The notes under the pieces are model-generated. The model worked only from the letters and a program-made list of their open reading frames with translations. It had not been told where the DNA came from and ran no database searches. From IMG/VR virus record IMGVR_UViG_643692013_000008, positions 32,001 to 96,000 of that record: a stretch of 64,000 nucleotides of DNA. One strand, 5' to 3'. Of the stretch, positions 46,528 to 56,377 are shown piece by piece. The stretch is from a virus (Duplodnaviria > Caudoviricetes). Both the position numbers and the translations under genes were made by a program. Each line of letters starts with the position of its first letter. Positions within the stretch are counted from its first letter, which is position 1.

Positions 46528-46790
46528 ACTGCAAATCTGGGGATCTGGCGATTGTGGTGCATAGCCCATGGGCTCCCGAGAATATCGGGCGCGTTGTCCA
46601 AGTGGTACGTCGAAGGGTCGGAGAAAAACAAGGCCCTTCATGGCTTGTAAGGGCCGATCGAGTTTTGGTTGAGCGCTGGGAAGACGGCCGAGTCCGGATG
46701 GTGTACGAGCGTTTTTATCTCGATGCGTGTCTTCGCCCGATCGCGGGCATCCCCATGACCGACGACGTGACGGATGAGGTGACGACATGA
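46524..46790 (+). CDS. Hypothetical phage protein (CKxGDLA family)
   Basis: MNCKSGDLAIVV...D..LRPI. Confidence 0.7.
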   Translation: MNCKSGDLAIVVHSPWAPENIGRVVQVVRRRVGEKQGPSWLVRADRVLVERWEDGRVRMVYERFYLDACLRPIAGIPMTDDVTDEVTT

Positions 46791-46996
46791 AGCGCGCCGC
46801 CATCCTCTGCGCTCTGCTGGCGCTGGCCGGCTGCGACCCACTCGCGAACAACCTGACCGGCAACGTGAAGGTCAGCGTGGTGACGGCTGACAACGGCGTG
46901 CCGTGCGTACTGGCCGTCGGCGGTGGTCAGGGCGGCCTCGCCATCTCGTGCGACTGGTCCGCGTCGCACGCTCCTTCGGTAGCGGTACCGCGATGA
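46787..46996 (+). CDS. Small lipoprotein
   Basis: Lipobox LAGC. Confidence 0.65.
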   Translation: MKRAAILCALLALAGCDPLANNLTGNVKVSVVTADNGVPCVLAVGGGQGGLAISCDWSASHAPSVAVPR

Positions 46997-47328
46997 GCAC
47001 CGACGGCGTGATGGTCGACACCTGCAGCGTCTACGGCTGCCCGCTGCTTGGCTCGTTCGGCGAGTCGGGCAAGTGGGTGTGCGCGTGCCACTTCCGCGCC
47101 GCCGCAGCGCGTCACAACGCCATCACCGCCGTCTTGAACCAGCACTCCGGCCTCGCCGAGCGCGCAGTCTTCCTGTGCCGTTCCTTCGCGCCGGCAGCCG
47201 ACATCCTGAGCGCCGAAGCCGAACTGATCGAGCTGACCCGCGAAACCGGCACGCAGACGCAGATCCCCACTGCGGGCGTCACTGGACCAAGGTCGGCTGC
47301 GCCCTACTTCGCCGAGGTGGACGAGTGA
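46993..47328 (+). CDS. Cys-rich hypothetical protein
   Basis: C..YGCPL.G......W.C..H. Confidence 0.65.
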   Translation: MSTDGVMVDTCSVYGCPLLGSFGESGKWVCACHFRAAAARHNAITAVLNQHSGLAERAVFLCRSFAPAADILSAEAELIELTRETGTQTQIPTAGVTGPRSAAPYFAEVDE

Positions 47329-47570
47329 GCCCGCGCGCTTACCCGGCCGCTCTCACGCCGGCCCTGGGCCGCGTGCTCGGGATGATGGTCTGGGAAACCG
47401 GGCCAATCGCCCACGCGCTGCGCGCCGCAGGCTTCGACATCGCACCGACGGCGGCCGCTGAGCACGCCGCGGTGCTGCACTGGCTGACCGGATTCGCGCT
47501 CGACCACGGCGCGGACTGGGAGCGGCACGCTGCCGCCGAGCTGTACCGACTCACGCAACAACGGGGATGA
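47325..47570 (+). CDS. Hypothetical phage protein
   Basis: GTGA coupling. Confidence 0.6.
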   Translation: MSPRAYPAALTPALGRVLGMMVWETGPIAHALRAAGFDIAPTAAAEHAAVLHWLTGFALDHGADWERHAAAELYRLTQQRG

Positions 47571-47947
47571 CCATCATGGGACGCGGACGACCACGCATGC
47601 ACTCCGACATGCTCCTCAGCACTGACAACGTGTTCGCTCGGATGCTGCCGGGCAAGACCTACCGGGCGGACGTGATTGCCGCGAAGTTCAAGGTTCAGAC
47701 CGCAGAGATCCGGCCGTTCCTCGATCACCTCGTGGGCGCCGGCCGCATCGAGTACTCGCATGCGAAGCCGAAGGTGCTCGGTTTTCGCCGGCCGGGCGAG
47801 GCACCGAAGCCCGTCGAGCCTGCACCGGTTTACGAAACCTCGATCGCCGGCCCGGCCATCCCGCCCGACCTCACGTCGACGCTGACCGGCTACGAAGCCG
47901 CGCTGCGCCGCCAATTCGAACTCTCCAAGCTCTCGAGGACGCGATGA
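47567..47947 (+). CDS. wHTH-like hypothetical protein
   Basis: Coupled ORF. Confidence 0.6.
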   Translation: MTIMGRGRPRMHSDMLLSTDNVFARMLPGKTYRADVIAAKFKVQTAEIRPFLDHLVGAGRIEYSHAKPKVLGFRRPGEAPKPVEPAPVYETSIAGPAIPPDLTSTLTGYEAALRRQFELSKLSRTR

Positions 47948-48390
47948 TCACCGTCACCCTTCCCTATCCGATCTCGGCGAACCGCTACTGGCGCCCAGTG
48001 AAACTCGGTCCGCGCATCTCGATCGTGCCTACCAAGGAAGCGAAAGCGTACAAAGCCGACGTCGGCCAGATCCTGCGCGCCGCCGGCGTGAAGCCGATAA
48101 GCGGACGAGTGCGCGTCCACATCGACCTCTACCCTCAGCGTCCTCAGGACTGGCAAAAGCGCCAGCGCCTTCACGGCGCGCAGTGGGACAACACCGTGCG
48201 CTGCCTCGACATCGACAACGCGCGGAAAGTCGTCTACGACGCGCTGAACGACGTGGCATTCGACGACGACGGCTGGATCTGGTCGGATAGCGCCACGCGG
48301 CGAGAGCCCGACGGCGAGGCCCGCGTCGTGGTGACGATCACGCCGATCGCCGTCGCGCAGCCGCAGGTCGGCCTGTTCGCGGAGGTGTGA
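47944..48390 (+). CDS. rusA: RusA-family Holliday junction resolvase
   Basis: LPYPISANRYWR, DIDN..K...DAL....FDDD. Confidence 0.9.
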   Translation: MITVTLPYPISANRYWRPVKLGPRISIVPTKEAKAYKADVGQILRAAGVKPISGRVRVHIDLYPQRPQDWQKRQRLHGAQWDNTVRCLDIDNARKVVYDALNDVAFDDDGWIWSDSATRREPDGEARVVVTITPIAVAQPQVGLFAEV

Positions 48391-48641
48391 CGATGGACAA
48401 CGAAGATCTTCCGGTTCGAATCATCGGCCCGGCGCGCAAGTTCGATATCGAGGTCGCAACCGCGGATCCTTTCGCCGCGCTGCGCATGCTCGGCGCCCGG
48501 CCTAGATTCGATGGCGTTGACATCGACGCCGTGCACGCAAGGTTGGCCCGACTCCGCCGGGCGCGGAGACGTGAGGCGTGCGGCGCGGTTGAGATGATCT
48601 GCTGCTGCGATGAAACTGAGGAACTCGGAGGCGACGAATGA
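48387..48641 (+). CDS. Hypothetical phage protein
   Basis: Coupled ORF. Confidence 0.5.
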   Translation: MTMDNEDLPVRIIGPARKFDIEVATADPFAALRMLGARPRFDGVDIDAVHARLARLRRARRREACGAVEMICCCDETEELGGDE

Positions 48642-48817
48642 CCGACAGCTACACCATCAACGTTCACTGCCGCACGGCTTGGTGGCTGCGCCCGGTCATC
48701 GTTGCGCTCAAGGCATGGGTGTTTATCACCGGTTGCGAGCCCAGCAACGAGTCGATCGAGCGCATCGCGCGCCGAGCTGTCCGAACCTCGATCGTCACCA
48801 AGCGGAGTGGGCAATGA
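48638..48817 (+). CDS. Hypothetical phage protein
   Basis: Hand-read 59-aa ORF, ATGA-coupled at both ends. Confidence 0.5.
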   Translation: MTDSYTINVHCRTAWWLRPVIVALKAWVFITGCEPSNESIERIARRAVRTSIVTKRSGQ

Positions 48818-49071
48818 CCGATGATCCGCGCCTCTCCACGTTCCAGCTTTCCTGCTCGCTGCCGTCCGACCCGCAGTTCCGCGAGTGGGCCGGCCTGCAG
48901 TCAAGCAGTGAGCCGCTGACCGTCAAGCAGGCTGGCGATTTCGTCAAGGCGGTGTGCGGGATTGTCAGCCGCAACGACCTGAAAACGAACGTAGGCGCCG
49001 AGCAGCGTTTCCACCAGCACCTGCGCCGGCCTTTCGTGGCTTGGCGCCGGCAGCATGAGGTGAACTCATGA
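48814..49071 (+). CDS. Hypothetical phage protein
   Basis: DPQFREW...CGI.SR.DL....A...F. Confidence 0.6.
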   Translation: MTDDPRLSTFQLSCSLPSDPQFREWAGLQSSSEPLTVKQAGDFVKAVCGIVSRNDLKTNVGAEQRFHQHLRRPFVAWRRQHEVNS

Positions 49072-49394
49072 AGCCCACGACCATCAATCGGAAACCGGCC
49101 GGCGAAACGGCGAGCGAAATCCTCAACCTTCTCGAGTTCGCTCCCCTATCACAGGCCGAACTCGCTGAGATCCTTGGTTTCAGCTGCCCCACGGTCAATT
49201 ACCACGTCAAGCGCCTGCTTGACGAACAGCGCATCCGAATCTTCGAGCGCGTTCGTCTTGGAAAGGCGCCTCATCCGACGACCCGTTACGTGGCGGCCCG
49301 CCGCCAGACGGCCGTCCAGGAAAACCCATTTCTCACTGCGGCCGGACTCGTTGCCGCGCCGAGCGGCCACGGCCGCGCCAACCAGCATCACTGA
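49068..49394 (+). CDS. wHTH DNA-binding protein
   Basis: LSQAELAEILGFSCPTVNYHVKRL. Confidence 0.7.
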   Translation: MKPTTINRKPAGETASEILNLLEFAPLSQAELAEILGFSCPTVNYHVKRLLDEQRIRIFERVRLGKAPHPTTRYVAARRQTAVQENPFLTAAGLVAAPSGHGRANQHH

Positions 49395-49424
49395 TCAACC
49401 GAAGATTACGGAGAATTTACGGTC

Positions 49425-49868
49425 ATGGGAAAGGAAGCCACACAGTTCTCGAGCGAGCGCCAACCCCGCAAGCGCACGCCCCGCAGCAAGTCGCAGCGCA
49501 CGATGCTGCTCGACGCCCTCAAGGCCGAGACTGGCCTCAACGAGAAGGGCTACTACCGGAAGATGGTCAAGCTCGCGATGGGCGACGACACCACTCGCGG
49601 CGATATCGTCCTCGCGAAAGAGGTGTTCATGCGCATCGCGCCGCCGGCGAAGCCCGTCGCGCCCATGGTCGAGTTCGCGTTCCCGGAGAAGGGAACGCCG
49701 GTCGAGCAGGTCAACGCGATCGTGGCCGGCGTAGCCGCAGGCAAGGTGTCTCCTGATGTTGGCCAGCAGCTCGTCAACATGATCCGGGCCAAGCTCGACG
49801 TGCTCGAAATCAGCGAGCTCGCCGACCGCCTGGCCGCGATCGAGAAACAGCTCGCCGAGGGGCAATGA
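49425..49868 (+). CDS. Putative terminase small subunit
   Basis: Directly upstream of and coupled to terL; TQF...QP N-terminus. Confidence 0.7.
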   Translation: MGKEATQFSSERQPRKRTPRSKSQRTMLLDALKAETGLNEKGYYRKMVKLAMGDDTTRGDIVLAKEVFMRIAPPAKPVAPMVEFAFPEKGTPVEQVNAIVAGVAAGKVSPDVGQQLVNMIRAKLDVLEISELADRLAAIEKQLAEGQ

Positions 49869-51334
49869 GCCGACGCCGGATCTCGCGCGGCGCCATTGAT
49901 CGCGTCGAGCGCTACTTCAAGGGCATCGCCACGAAGGCCGAGCCGGCCGTGTTCGGCATTTGCAACATGCAGCGCGAGGTCATCAAGCGCGTCGACGTGG
50001 CCGGCCGCGAGACGGATGCAGAGCCGACGGTGCTGATCCCGCAGAAGCTCGAGAGGCTGATCTACCCGAAGCGCCTCAAGATCGTCTGGGGCGGCCGCGG
50101 CTCTGCGAAGACGCGCACTATCGTCTCGATCCTGACCGCCCAAGCGTCGACGCAGCGCGAGCGCATCCTTTGTCTGCGCGAGGTGCAGAATTCGATCGAG
50201 GAGTCGAGCCACGCCGAGCTCGCCGAGGAGATCGAGCGGCGCGACCTGGGCGGCTCATTCGTCGTCGGCCGCAAGGTCATCCGCGTGCCGGCCACCCGCA
50301 GCAGCTTTTCCTTTCGCGGCCTCTACCGCAACGTCACCGGTGTGAAAGGCTTTGCGAAAGCAACGAAGGCATGGGTGGACGAGGCCGAGAACGTGTCTCG
50401 CGAATCCTGGGACGTGCTGCTGCCGACCATCCGCGAGCCGGGCTCCGAGATCATCGTCTCGTTCAACCCGAACCGCGAGAACGACCCGACCTGGGCTGAT
50501 CTCGTTGGCCCCTACGTCGATCGCCTCGACGAGGACGGCTGCTACGAGGACGCCGACACTCTCATCATCCGCGCCAACTACACCGACAACCCCTGGTTCA
50601 CGGAGGAGCTGGAACTGGAGCGCGCCAAGATGGAGCGCACCGACCTCGACCGCTACCGGTGGATCTGGCTGGGTAAGTTCAACCGCCGCTCCGACGAGCT
50701 CATCTTCGCCGGGAAGTGGCGCGTCGAGGACATTGAGGCCCCGCCGAACACGCGGTTCTTCTTCGGTGCCGACTGGGGGTTCGCCGTCGACCCGACCACG
50801 CTCAATCGCTGCTGGGTGCGCGGCAACGACCTGATCATCGACTACGAGGCCCACGGCAAGCAGGTCGACCTTGACGAGATCTGGAAGCTGTTTGCTGGCC
50901 GAGAAGGAATGCGGCCCGAGCAGATCAAGCAGTGGAAGCCCGTTGACGAGTTCAAGTACCCCGGCATCCCTGGCGCCCGGAAGTGGAAGATCAAAGCCGA
51001 CTGCGCGCGGCCCGAGACGATCTCCCACGTCGCCAAGCAGGGCTTCAACATCGACGCGGCGAAGAAATGGGGCGGCTCCGTAGAAGATGGAATCGCATTT
51101 TTACGTGGTTTTGACGCGATTATCATCCATTCACGGTGCGTTAAAACAAAAGAGGAATTCGAGAATTATTCGTACAAAGTCGACAAAGCCACCGGAGACG
51201 TGTTGCCTATAATCGTCGACAAGTGGAATCACCATATCGACGGCATCCGTTACTCGATGGACGGCTATATCAGGGGCCGCGGAACGGGCCTGAACATCTC
51301 GCCGGATGCACTGCGCGCATTGATGACCGCTTAA
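49865..51334 (+). CDS. Terminase large subunit (PBSX family)
   Basis: GGRGSAKT, LREVQNSI, WVDEAE, SFNP, GADWGF..DP, NHHIDGIRY. Confidence 0.93.
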   Translation: MSRRRISRGAIDRVERYFKGIATKAEPAVFGICNMQREVIKRVDVAGRETDAEPTVLIPQKLERLIYPKRLKIVWGGRGSAKTRTIVSILTAQASTQRERILCLREVQNSIEESSHAELAEEIERRDLGGSFVVGRKVIRVPATRSSFSFRGLYRNVTGVKGFAKATKAWVDEAENVSRESWDVLLPTIREPGSEIIVSFNPNRENDPTWADLVGPYVDRLDEDGCYEDADTLIIRANYTDNPWFTEELELERAKMERTDLDRYRWIWLGKFNRRSDELIFAGKWRVEDIEAPPNTRFFFGADWGFAVDPTTLNRCWVRGNDLIIDYEAHGKQVDLDEIWKLFAGREGMRPEQIKQWKPVDEFKYPGIPGARKWKIKADCARPETISHVAKQGFNIDAAKKWGGSVEDGIAFLRGFDAIIIHSRCVKTKEEFENYSYKVDKATGDVLPIIVDKWNHHIDGIRYSMDGYIRGRGTGLNISPDALRALMTA

Positions 51335-51380
51335 ATCCGATTATTCACGGCTTAAAGGCCAATTTCCCGGAGTTTCAGAA

Positions 51381-51836
51381 ATGACACGGTCCATTCTGCG
51401 CGTTCTGCTCGGCGCCGCGTTCGCGCCGCTTGCCATCACCGAAGATGCACCGAGCGCCGCCGGCGCGCCCACCGACGACGCGGCGGCCGGTGCCGCGAGT
51501 GCATCGGGGGAAGCGAACGGCAGTGCATCCGATGCGGACGGCGCCCCCGCAAGCGGTACGGATTCGCCTGCCGAGGATGCGCCGCGTACTTCCGCGGCGG
51601 CCGGCGCAGGTAGCGCGGCGGCGGACCAGTTGCCCGCCGTGTCGTTCGACGTGGAGGATCACGCCGAGGCGCGCGAGCGCTTCGCCGGAGCGCTCGCCGC
51701 GCTGCACGGTATCGAGGGCGACGCGGCCGCCGCGCTGCGCGCCGAGATCGACGCGATCGGCACGCTGCTGCACCTGCACTCGTTTGCTTCCTCGCAGGCC
51801 GGCGCTACGGGCTCGTACAGCCCGGCCGATCTCTGA
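51381..51836 (+). CDS. Ala/Asp-rich hypothetical protein
   Basis: GGAG RBS; low-complexity centre. Confidence 0.6.
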   Translation: MTRSILRVLLGAAFAPLAITEDAPSAAGAPTDDAAAGAASASGEANGSASDADGAPASGTDSPAEDAPRTSAAAGAGSAAADQLPAVSFDVEDHAEARERFAGALAALHGIEGDAAAALRAEIDAIGTLLHLHSFASSQAGATGSYSPADL

Positions 51837-51838
51837 CA

Positions 51839-52024
51839 ATGGTCACCCTAGTTCCTATGCCGCCGCGGCTTTTCAGCGATGCCAAGGCAGCAGAACTCGC
51901 CGGCACGGATGTTTCGTACACCCCTGACCAAGTGCGAATGATCGCTGAAATCTGGCATCAAGATCGCGAGAAGATCCAATACCTCGAAGGCTTGATCATC
52001 CGGATGGGCCGCCATGCTGAGTAA
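51839..52024 (+). CDS. Hypothetical protein
   Basis: 61-aa ORF overlapping the portal start. Confidence 0.5.
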   Translation: MVTLVPMPPRLFSDAKAAELAGTDVSYTPDQVRMIAEIWHQDREKIQYLEGLIIRMGRHAE

Positions 52025-53636
52025 AATCCGCTCCCTCATCGGCGGCATGCCGCTTGCCCCGAACTCACCGGCCGTTGCGACGGATTCCGCGCCGCGCGCT
52101 GAGCCGCACTGGCCTGTGCTCGAAGGGCCGCGCCGCGGCCTGGAGATTTCGCCGGAGCTGATTGAGCAACTCAACAAGGCGGACCGCGCGCGCGGCGCGC
52201 AGATCGAATGGGCCGACAGGTTCAAGCCGCCCGCAGTCATGCCCGGCACGTTCTCCAAGGGCGAAGGCGCGCCGGTCGTCGCGATGGATTCGGTCTGCGA
52301 CAACCTGGCCGGCACGCTCGGAACCTGTTCCGGGTTCAACCAGATTGCTGGCGTCGACTTCATCGGCTACGCGGCGCTGTCGCTGCTCTCCCAGCACCCC
52401 CTGATTCGCGCGATGGTCGAGACGCTCGCCGACGAGATGACGCGGAAGTGGATCGAGTTCGGCGGCCAGGGCAGCGAGGAGTCGGATGGCGAGCGCGTTA
52501 AAGCTCTGCAGGCGGCCACCGAGCGCTTTCACCTGAAGGCGCACTTCAACGCGGCCATGAAGAAGACCGGCTACTTCGGCGGCTGCATGCTGTTCATGGA
52601 CTTCGGCGACGACACGAACACGGAAGCTGGCCGGCGCGAGGTCGAGACGCCGATCACGCTCGACAGCGCGAAGATCACGAAGAACTCGTTCAAGGGCTTC
52701 CGCCTCATCGAGCCGATCAACTGCTACCCGGCGCCGTACAACGCCAACAACCCGCTCGCGCCCGGCTACTACCGGCCCGATGCGTGGCTGGTGCAGGGGC
52801 GCAAGGTACACGCCTCGCGCATGCTCCACTTCGTCCAGAACGATCCGCCGGTGCTGCTTCGTCCGGCCTACAACTTCTTCGGCATCCCACTCGCACAGCA
52901 GGCGCTCGATTATGTCGACCGGTTCGACACTGTGCGCATCGCTGTCGCGAAGCTCGTGAAGCGATTCAGCACGTCGATCCTGAAGACGGACATGAGCCAG
53001 ATTCTTCAGGGCGGTGGTTACAACGATGCGTCGTCTCTGCAGGGGCGGGCACTTCTCTGGTCGCTGGCCGGATCAAACGAAGGCCTGCTCATGCTCGACA
53101 AGGAAGCCGAGGATTTCGCCCAGCAGAACACGCCTCTGTCCGGCCTGGCCGAGATTGTCTCGCAGCAGCTCGAGCTGCTCGCCGCGATCAGCCGCACGCC
53201 TGCCGTCAAGCTCCTCGGCATCGCGCCAAGCGGCTTCAACTCGACCGGCGAGTACGACGAGGCGAACTGGTACGACCATGTCGCCAGCCAGCAGTCGATC
53301 GTGTTCGGCGACAACCTCGACCGAGCGATCAAGGTGATCCAGCTCAGCGAGACTGGCGCGATCGATGAGGATCTGACGCACCGCTTCGTTCCGCTGCACG
53401 AGCAGTCGGAGGTTGAGAAGTCGGCCATCCGCAAGCAGAACGCCGACGCGTTCGCGATCTACTACGACCGCGGCGTGCTGTCGAACGAGGAGGAGCGCAC
53501 GCGCCTGGCGGCCGACCCCGATAGCGGCTACGACTCGATCGACGTCGACGATCTGCCCGAACCGCCAGGCGGCGCCGGTGGCGAAGGTGAGGAAAGCGAA
53601 GACGTCGACACGGACAGCGCCGGCAAGGTGTCCTGA
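52014..53636 (+). CDS. Portal protein (DUF1073-like)
   Basis: VHASR, P..KLLG..P.GFN.TGE.D..N.YD; position after terL. Confidence 0.85.
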   Translation: MLSKIRSLIGGMPLAPNSPAVATDSAPRAEPHWPVLEGPRRGLEISPELIEQLNKADRARGAQIEWADRFKPPAVMPGTFSKGEGAPVVAMDSVCDNLAGTLGTCSGFNQIAGVDFIGYAALSLLSQHPLIRAMVETLADEMTRKWIEFGGQGSEESDGERVKALQAATERFHLKAHFNAAMKKTGYFGGCMLFMDFGDDTNTEAGRREVETPITLDSAKITKNSFKGFRLIEPINCYPAPYNANNPLAPGYYRPDAWLVQGRKVHASRMLHFVQNDPPVLLRPAYNFFGIPLAQQALDYVDRFDTVRIAVAKLVKRFSTSILKTDMSQILQGGGYNDASSLQGRALLWSLAGSNEGLLMLDKEAEDFAQQNTPLSGLAEIVSQQLELLAAISRTPAVKLLGIAPSGFNSTGEYDEANWYDHVASQQSIVFGDNLDRAIKVIQLSETGAIDEDLTHRFVPLHEQSEVEKSAIRKQNADAFAIYYDRGVLSNEEERTRLAADPDSGYDSIDVDDLPEPPGGAGGEGEESEDVDTDSAGKVS

Positions 53637-54445
53637 TGCCGGCCCGCGCGCCGAAAGCCAAGGGCGAGATGCGCCCCACCCGGCCGAGCGCGGCGGTGCG
53701 CATCGCCTATCAGCGGTCGCTCGACAATCTGATTGCCGAGATGCACGCCTCGACGCTCTACTGGCTGCGGGCTACCTACCGCGCCAACGAGGCCGAAATC
53801 GCAATGGATGCGTCGCCCACCTCGGCCCTGGCCGCTCAGCTCGCGCGCCGGGCCGCGCAGTGGCGTAAGCGCTTTGCCGAGGAGGCGTCAACACTCGCCC
53901 GCCAGTTCATCGCGAAGGTCGATCGGCACGCCACCCAGGCGACGCGGCAGACGGCCGTCGCCATGACCGGCCTGTCTGTTTCCGTGAAGGACACGCTGAC
54001 CTCGAAGACTGTCATGCAGGCGTCGATCCAGCAGAACGTCTCCCTGATCAGGTCGATCCAGTCCGAATATGCGACAGAGGTCGAGGGCCTGGTGATGCGC
54101 AGCGTCACGGCGGGCCGCGACCTGGGCGCGCTCACCGACGAGCTTGAGAAGCGCTACGCGATCACGCGGCGCCGAGCGGCGTTCATCGCCACCGACCAGA
54201 ACAACAAGGCGACCGCTCAGATGGCGCGCGTCCGGCAACTCGATCTTGGCATCACGAAGGCGCGCTGGCTGCACGTGGGTGGAGGCAAAAAACCGCGCCA
54301 CTCGCACGTCCAGGCCAACGGCAAGGTTTTCGACTTGAAACGGGGGCTTATGATCGACGGCGAATACATTTTCCCCGGCGAGTTGCCGAAGTGCGGATGC
54401 GTGGGTGCTCCGATTATTCCGGGTGTGGATGATGAAGACGAGTAA
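53636..54445 (+). CDS. Minor head (Mu gpF/SPP1 gp7-like) protein
   Basis: RA.FIA.DQ..K, GI..A.W, R.SH...NGK.F, PG....CGC. Confidence 0.85.
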   Translation: MPARAPKAKGEMRPTRPSAAVRIAYQRSLDNLIAEMHASTLYWLRATYRANEAEIAMDASPTSALAAQLARRAAQWRKRFAEEASTLARQFIAKVDRHATQATRQTAVAMTGLSVSVKDTLTSKTVMQASIQQNVSLIRSIQSEYATEVEGLVMRSVTAGRDLGALTDELEKRYAITRRRAAFIATDQNNKATAQMARVRQLDLGITKARWLHVGGGKKPRHSHVQANGKVFDLKRGLMIDGEYIFPGELPKCGCVGAPIIPGVDDEDE

Positions 54446-55670
54446 AGACGAAATTCTGGTCGCTTTTGACAAGGCGACGGTGCGATCTTTCGATAAAGAC
54501 GGTCGCATGCGTGTGTCGATCAGCCGGATCTCAAAAGCTGGCGTGAACCCGTATTGGGGAAAGGAGATCGTCGGTGGCGAGGAGCTCGGCCTCGACCCGG
54601 AGCGCGTCTACTACGTGTTCCGGCCGCCAGAGGAGCTGGAGAAGGCCGCGCCGACGTTCAACAATCTGCCCATCCTTGCCGAGCACAAGTTCGTCAGTGC
54701 GGATTCGCCAGAAAAAGACCTAATTATCGGAACAACTGGTTCAAATGCGCGATTTGACGGTGAATATCTCACGAACGATTTAGCGTTCTGGGACGGCGAA
54801 TACATCGGAAAAATCGAGTCCGACGAGCAACGCGAACTGTCCAGTTCCTACCGATATACCGCTATTAAAAAAAGTGGAACCTATAATGGCGCGCATTACG
54901 ACATCGTGATGACGGACATTATCGGGAATCACGTTGCCACCGTTGTCGAGGGGCGCGCCGGCCCTAATGTGCTGGTCGCGGATTCCCGATTTCAACCTAC
55001 CGGAAGGGTACGAACCGTGAAGCTGAATCCGAAACAGATGGCGGCCCTCAAGGCCCGGCTGCCGAAGCTGAAGGTCGCGATGGACGAAGGGCTTGACACC
55101 GACGGCGTCGTCCAGGCGCTCGAGCAAGTCGTCGAGGAAGTGCAGGAACTGGCCGAGCCGAGCGCCGCCGCAGCAGCCCAGGACGAAGAAGGCTCGTTGC
55201 TCGCGAAGCTCAAGGCGCTGATCGACGAGGCCGGCGCCAGCAAGGCGGCGGCTGACGAGAAAGACGACGACGCGAAGAAGGCAGCGGCCGACGAGGTAGC
55301 CGCGCGCGCCGCCGAGGCGAAGAAGGCCGAGGATGCCAAGAACGCCGCCGCGATGGACGCGAAGATCAAGGCCGCCGCCGACGGCGCGCGCCAGTCGATC
55401 GAAAGCCGCTTCCGCGCGGCGGATAAGGTCGCGCCGATCACCGGCCGCGTCGACGCGATGGCGTTCGACTCGGCCGAGGCAATCTACGCCCACGCGCTGA
55501 AGGTCGGCGGCATGGACCCCGAGAAGCACGACAAGGCGGCCTACGCGGGCATCGTCGATGTGCTGATCACGACGAAGTCGCAGCCGTCGCCGCACGTTGC
55601 GCATGATGCCGCCGGCAGTGCCAAGTTGCTGGAGATGTTCCCGGCACTCGGCAAGATCAACCACGCGTAA
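54432..55670 (+). CDS. Prohead protease/scaffold (DUF2213-like)
   Basis: ELSSSY, GNHVA.V..GRAG; Ala/Asp/Lys-rich C-terminus. Confidence 0.85.
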   Translation: MKTSKDEILVAFDKATVRSFDKDGRMRVSISRISKAGVNPYWGKEIVGGEELGLDPERVYYVFRPPEELEKAAPTFNNLPILAEHKFVSADSPEKDLIIGTTGSNARFDGEYLTNDLAFWDGEYIGKIESDEQRELSSSYRYTAIKKSGTYNGAHYDIVMTDIIGNHVATVVEGRAGPNVLVADSRFQPTGRVRTVKLNPKQMAALKARLPKLKVAMDEGLDTDGVVQALEQVVEEVQELAEPSAAAAAQDEEGSLLAKLKALIDEAGASKAAADEKDDDAKKAAADEVAARAAEAKKAEDAKNAAAMDAKIKAAADGARQSIESRFRAADKVAPITGRVDAMAFDSAEAIYAHALKVGGMDPEKHDKAAYAGIVDVLITTKSQPSPHVAHDAAGSAKLLEMFPALGKINHA

Positions 55671-55684
55671 AGGAGCGCGACACC

Positions 55685-56377
55685 ATGGGCTTCCCCAACG
55701 CAGTACGTCTTCAGCCCGAGGTCGGCGTGCCGGGCACGCGTGCCTCGATGAATCCGATCTCGGTCATCTCGCGCGTCGCGCAGACGCCCGTTACCGTGGG
55801 CCGCTTCGTCTGGCCCGGTACCGACACCGACGGTCAGGTGCAGAACACCGGCGCCGGCAAGGTGCTTGGCTTCGCGATCACCGACCAGGTTGGCGTCATC
55901 CCGAACTACCTGCAGGAATACAGCATGGTCGTGCCCGCAGGCATGGCCGTGCAGGTGGCCGAACAGGGTGAGTGGTTCGCCTCGTCGGCCAACGTCGCCA
56001 CGCTCGGCCAGAAGGTCTACGCGAACTACGGCGACGGCTCGCTGTCGTTCGGCGCGACCGGCTCCGCGTCGACTAACGCCGGCATCACCGCGAACACGGC
56101 ATCCAACACGACGCTGACCGTGACGGCCAATACCGGCGCGCCGATCCAGGTCGGGCAACCGGTCAGCGGGTCCGGCATCCCGGCCGGCACGTACATCGCG
56201 GCCTTCGGAACGGGCACCGGCGGCGCCGGCACCTACACGCTCAGCCAAGCCGCCACGGCGACCGCGACGGGCGTCACCGTCACTTCGACGACGAACGTCG
56301 AAACGCAGTTCGTCGTGACGCGCGGCGGCGCGGCGAATGCGGTGATCAAGATCTCGACCTGGAGCAACCTCGCATGA
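55685..56377 (+). CDS. Capsid decoration/cement protein
   Basis: Between scaffold and capsid; VGRF.W motif; Thr/Gly-rich inserted domain. Confidence 0.7.
   Translation: MGFPNAVRLQPEVGVPGTRASMNPISVISRVAQTPVTVGRFVWPGTDTDGQVQNTGAGKVLGFAITDQVGVIPNYLQEYSMVVPAGMAVQVAEQGEWFASSANVATLGQKVYANYGDGSLSFGATGSASTNAGITANTASNTTLTVTANTGAPIQVGQPVSGSGIPAGTYIAAFGTGTGGAGTYTLSQAATATATGVTVTSTTNVETQFVVTRGGAANAVIKISTWSNLA

Noticed and set aside
52014-53636. Anti-CBASS (Acb1-like) label sometimes attached to DUF1073 proteins
   Set aside because: Size and position between terL and the minor head gene indicate a portal protein
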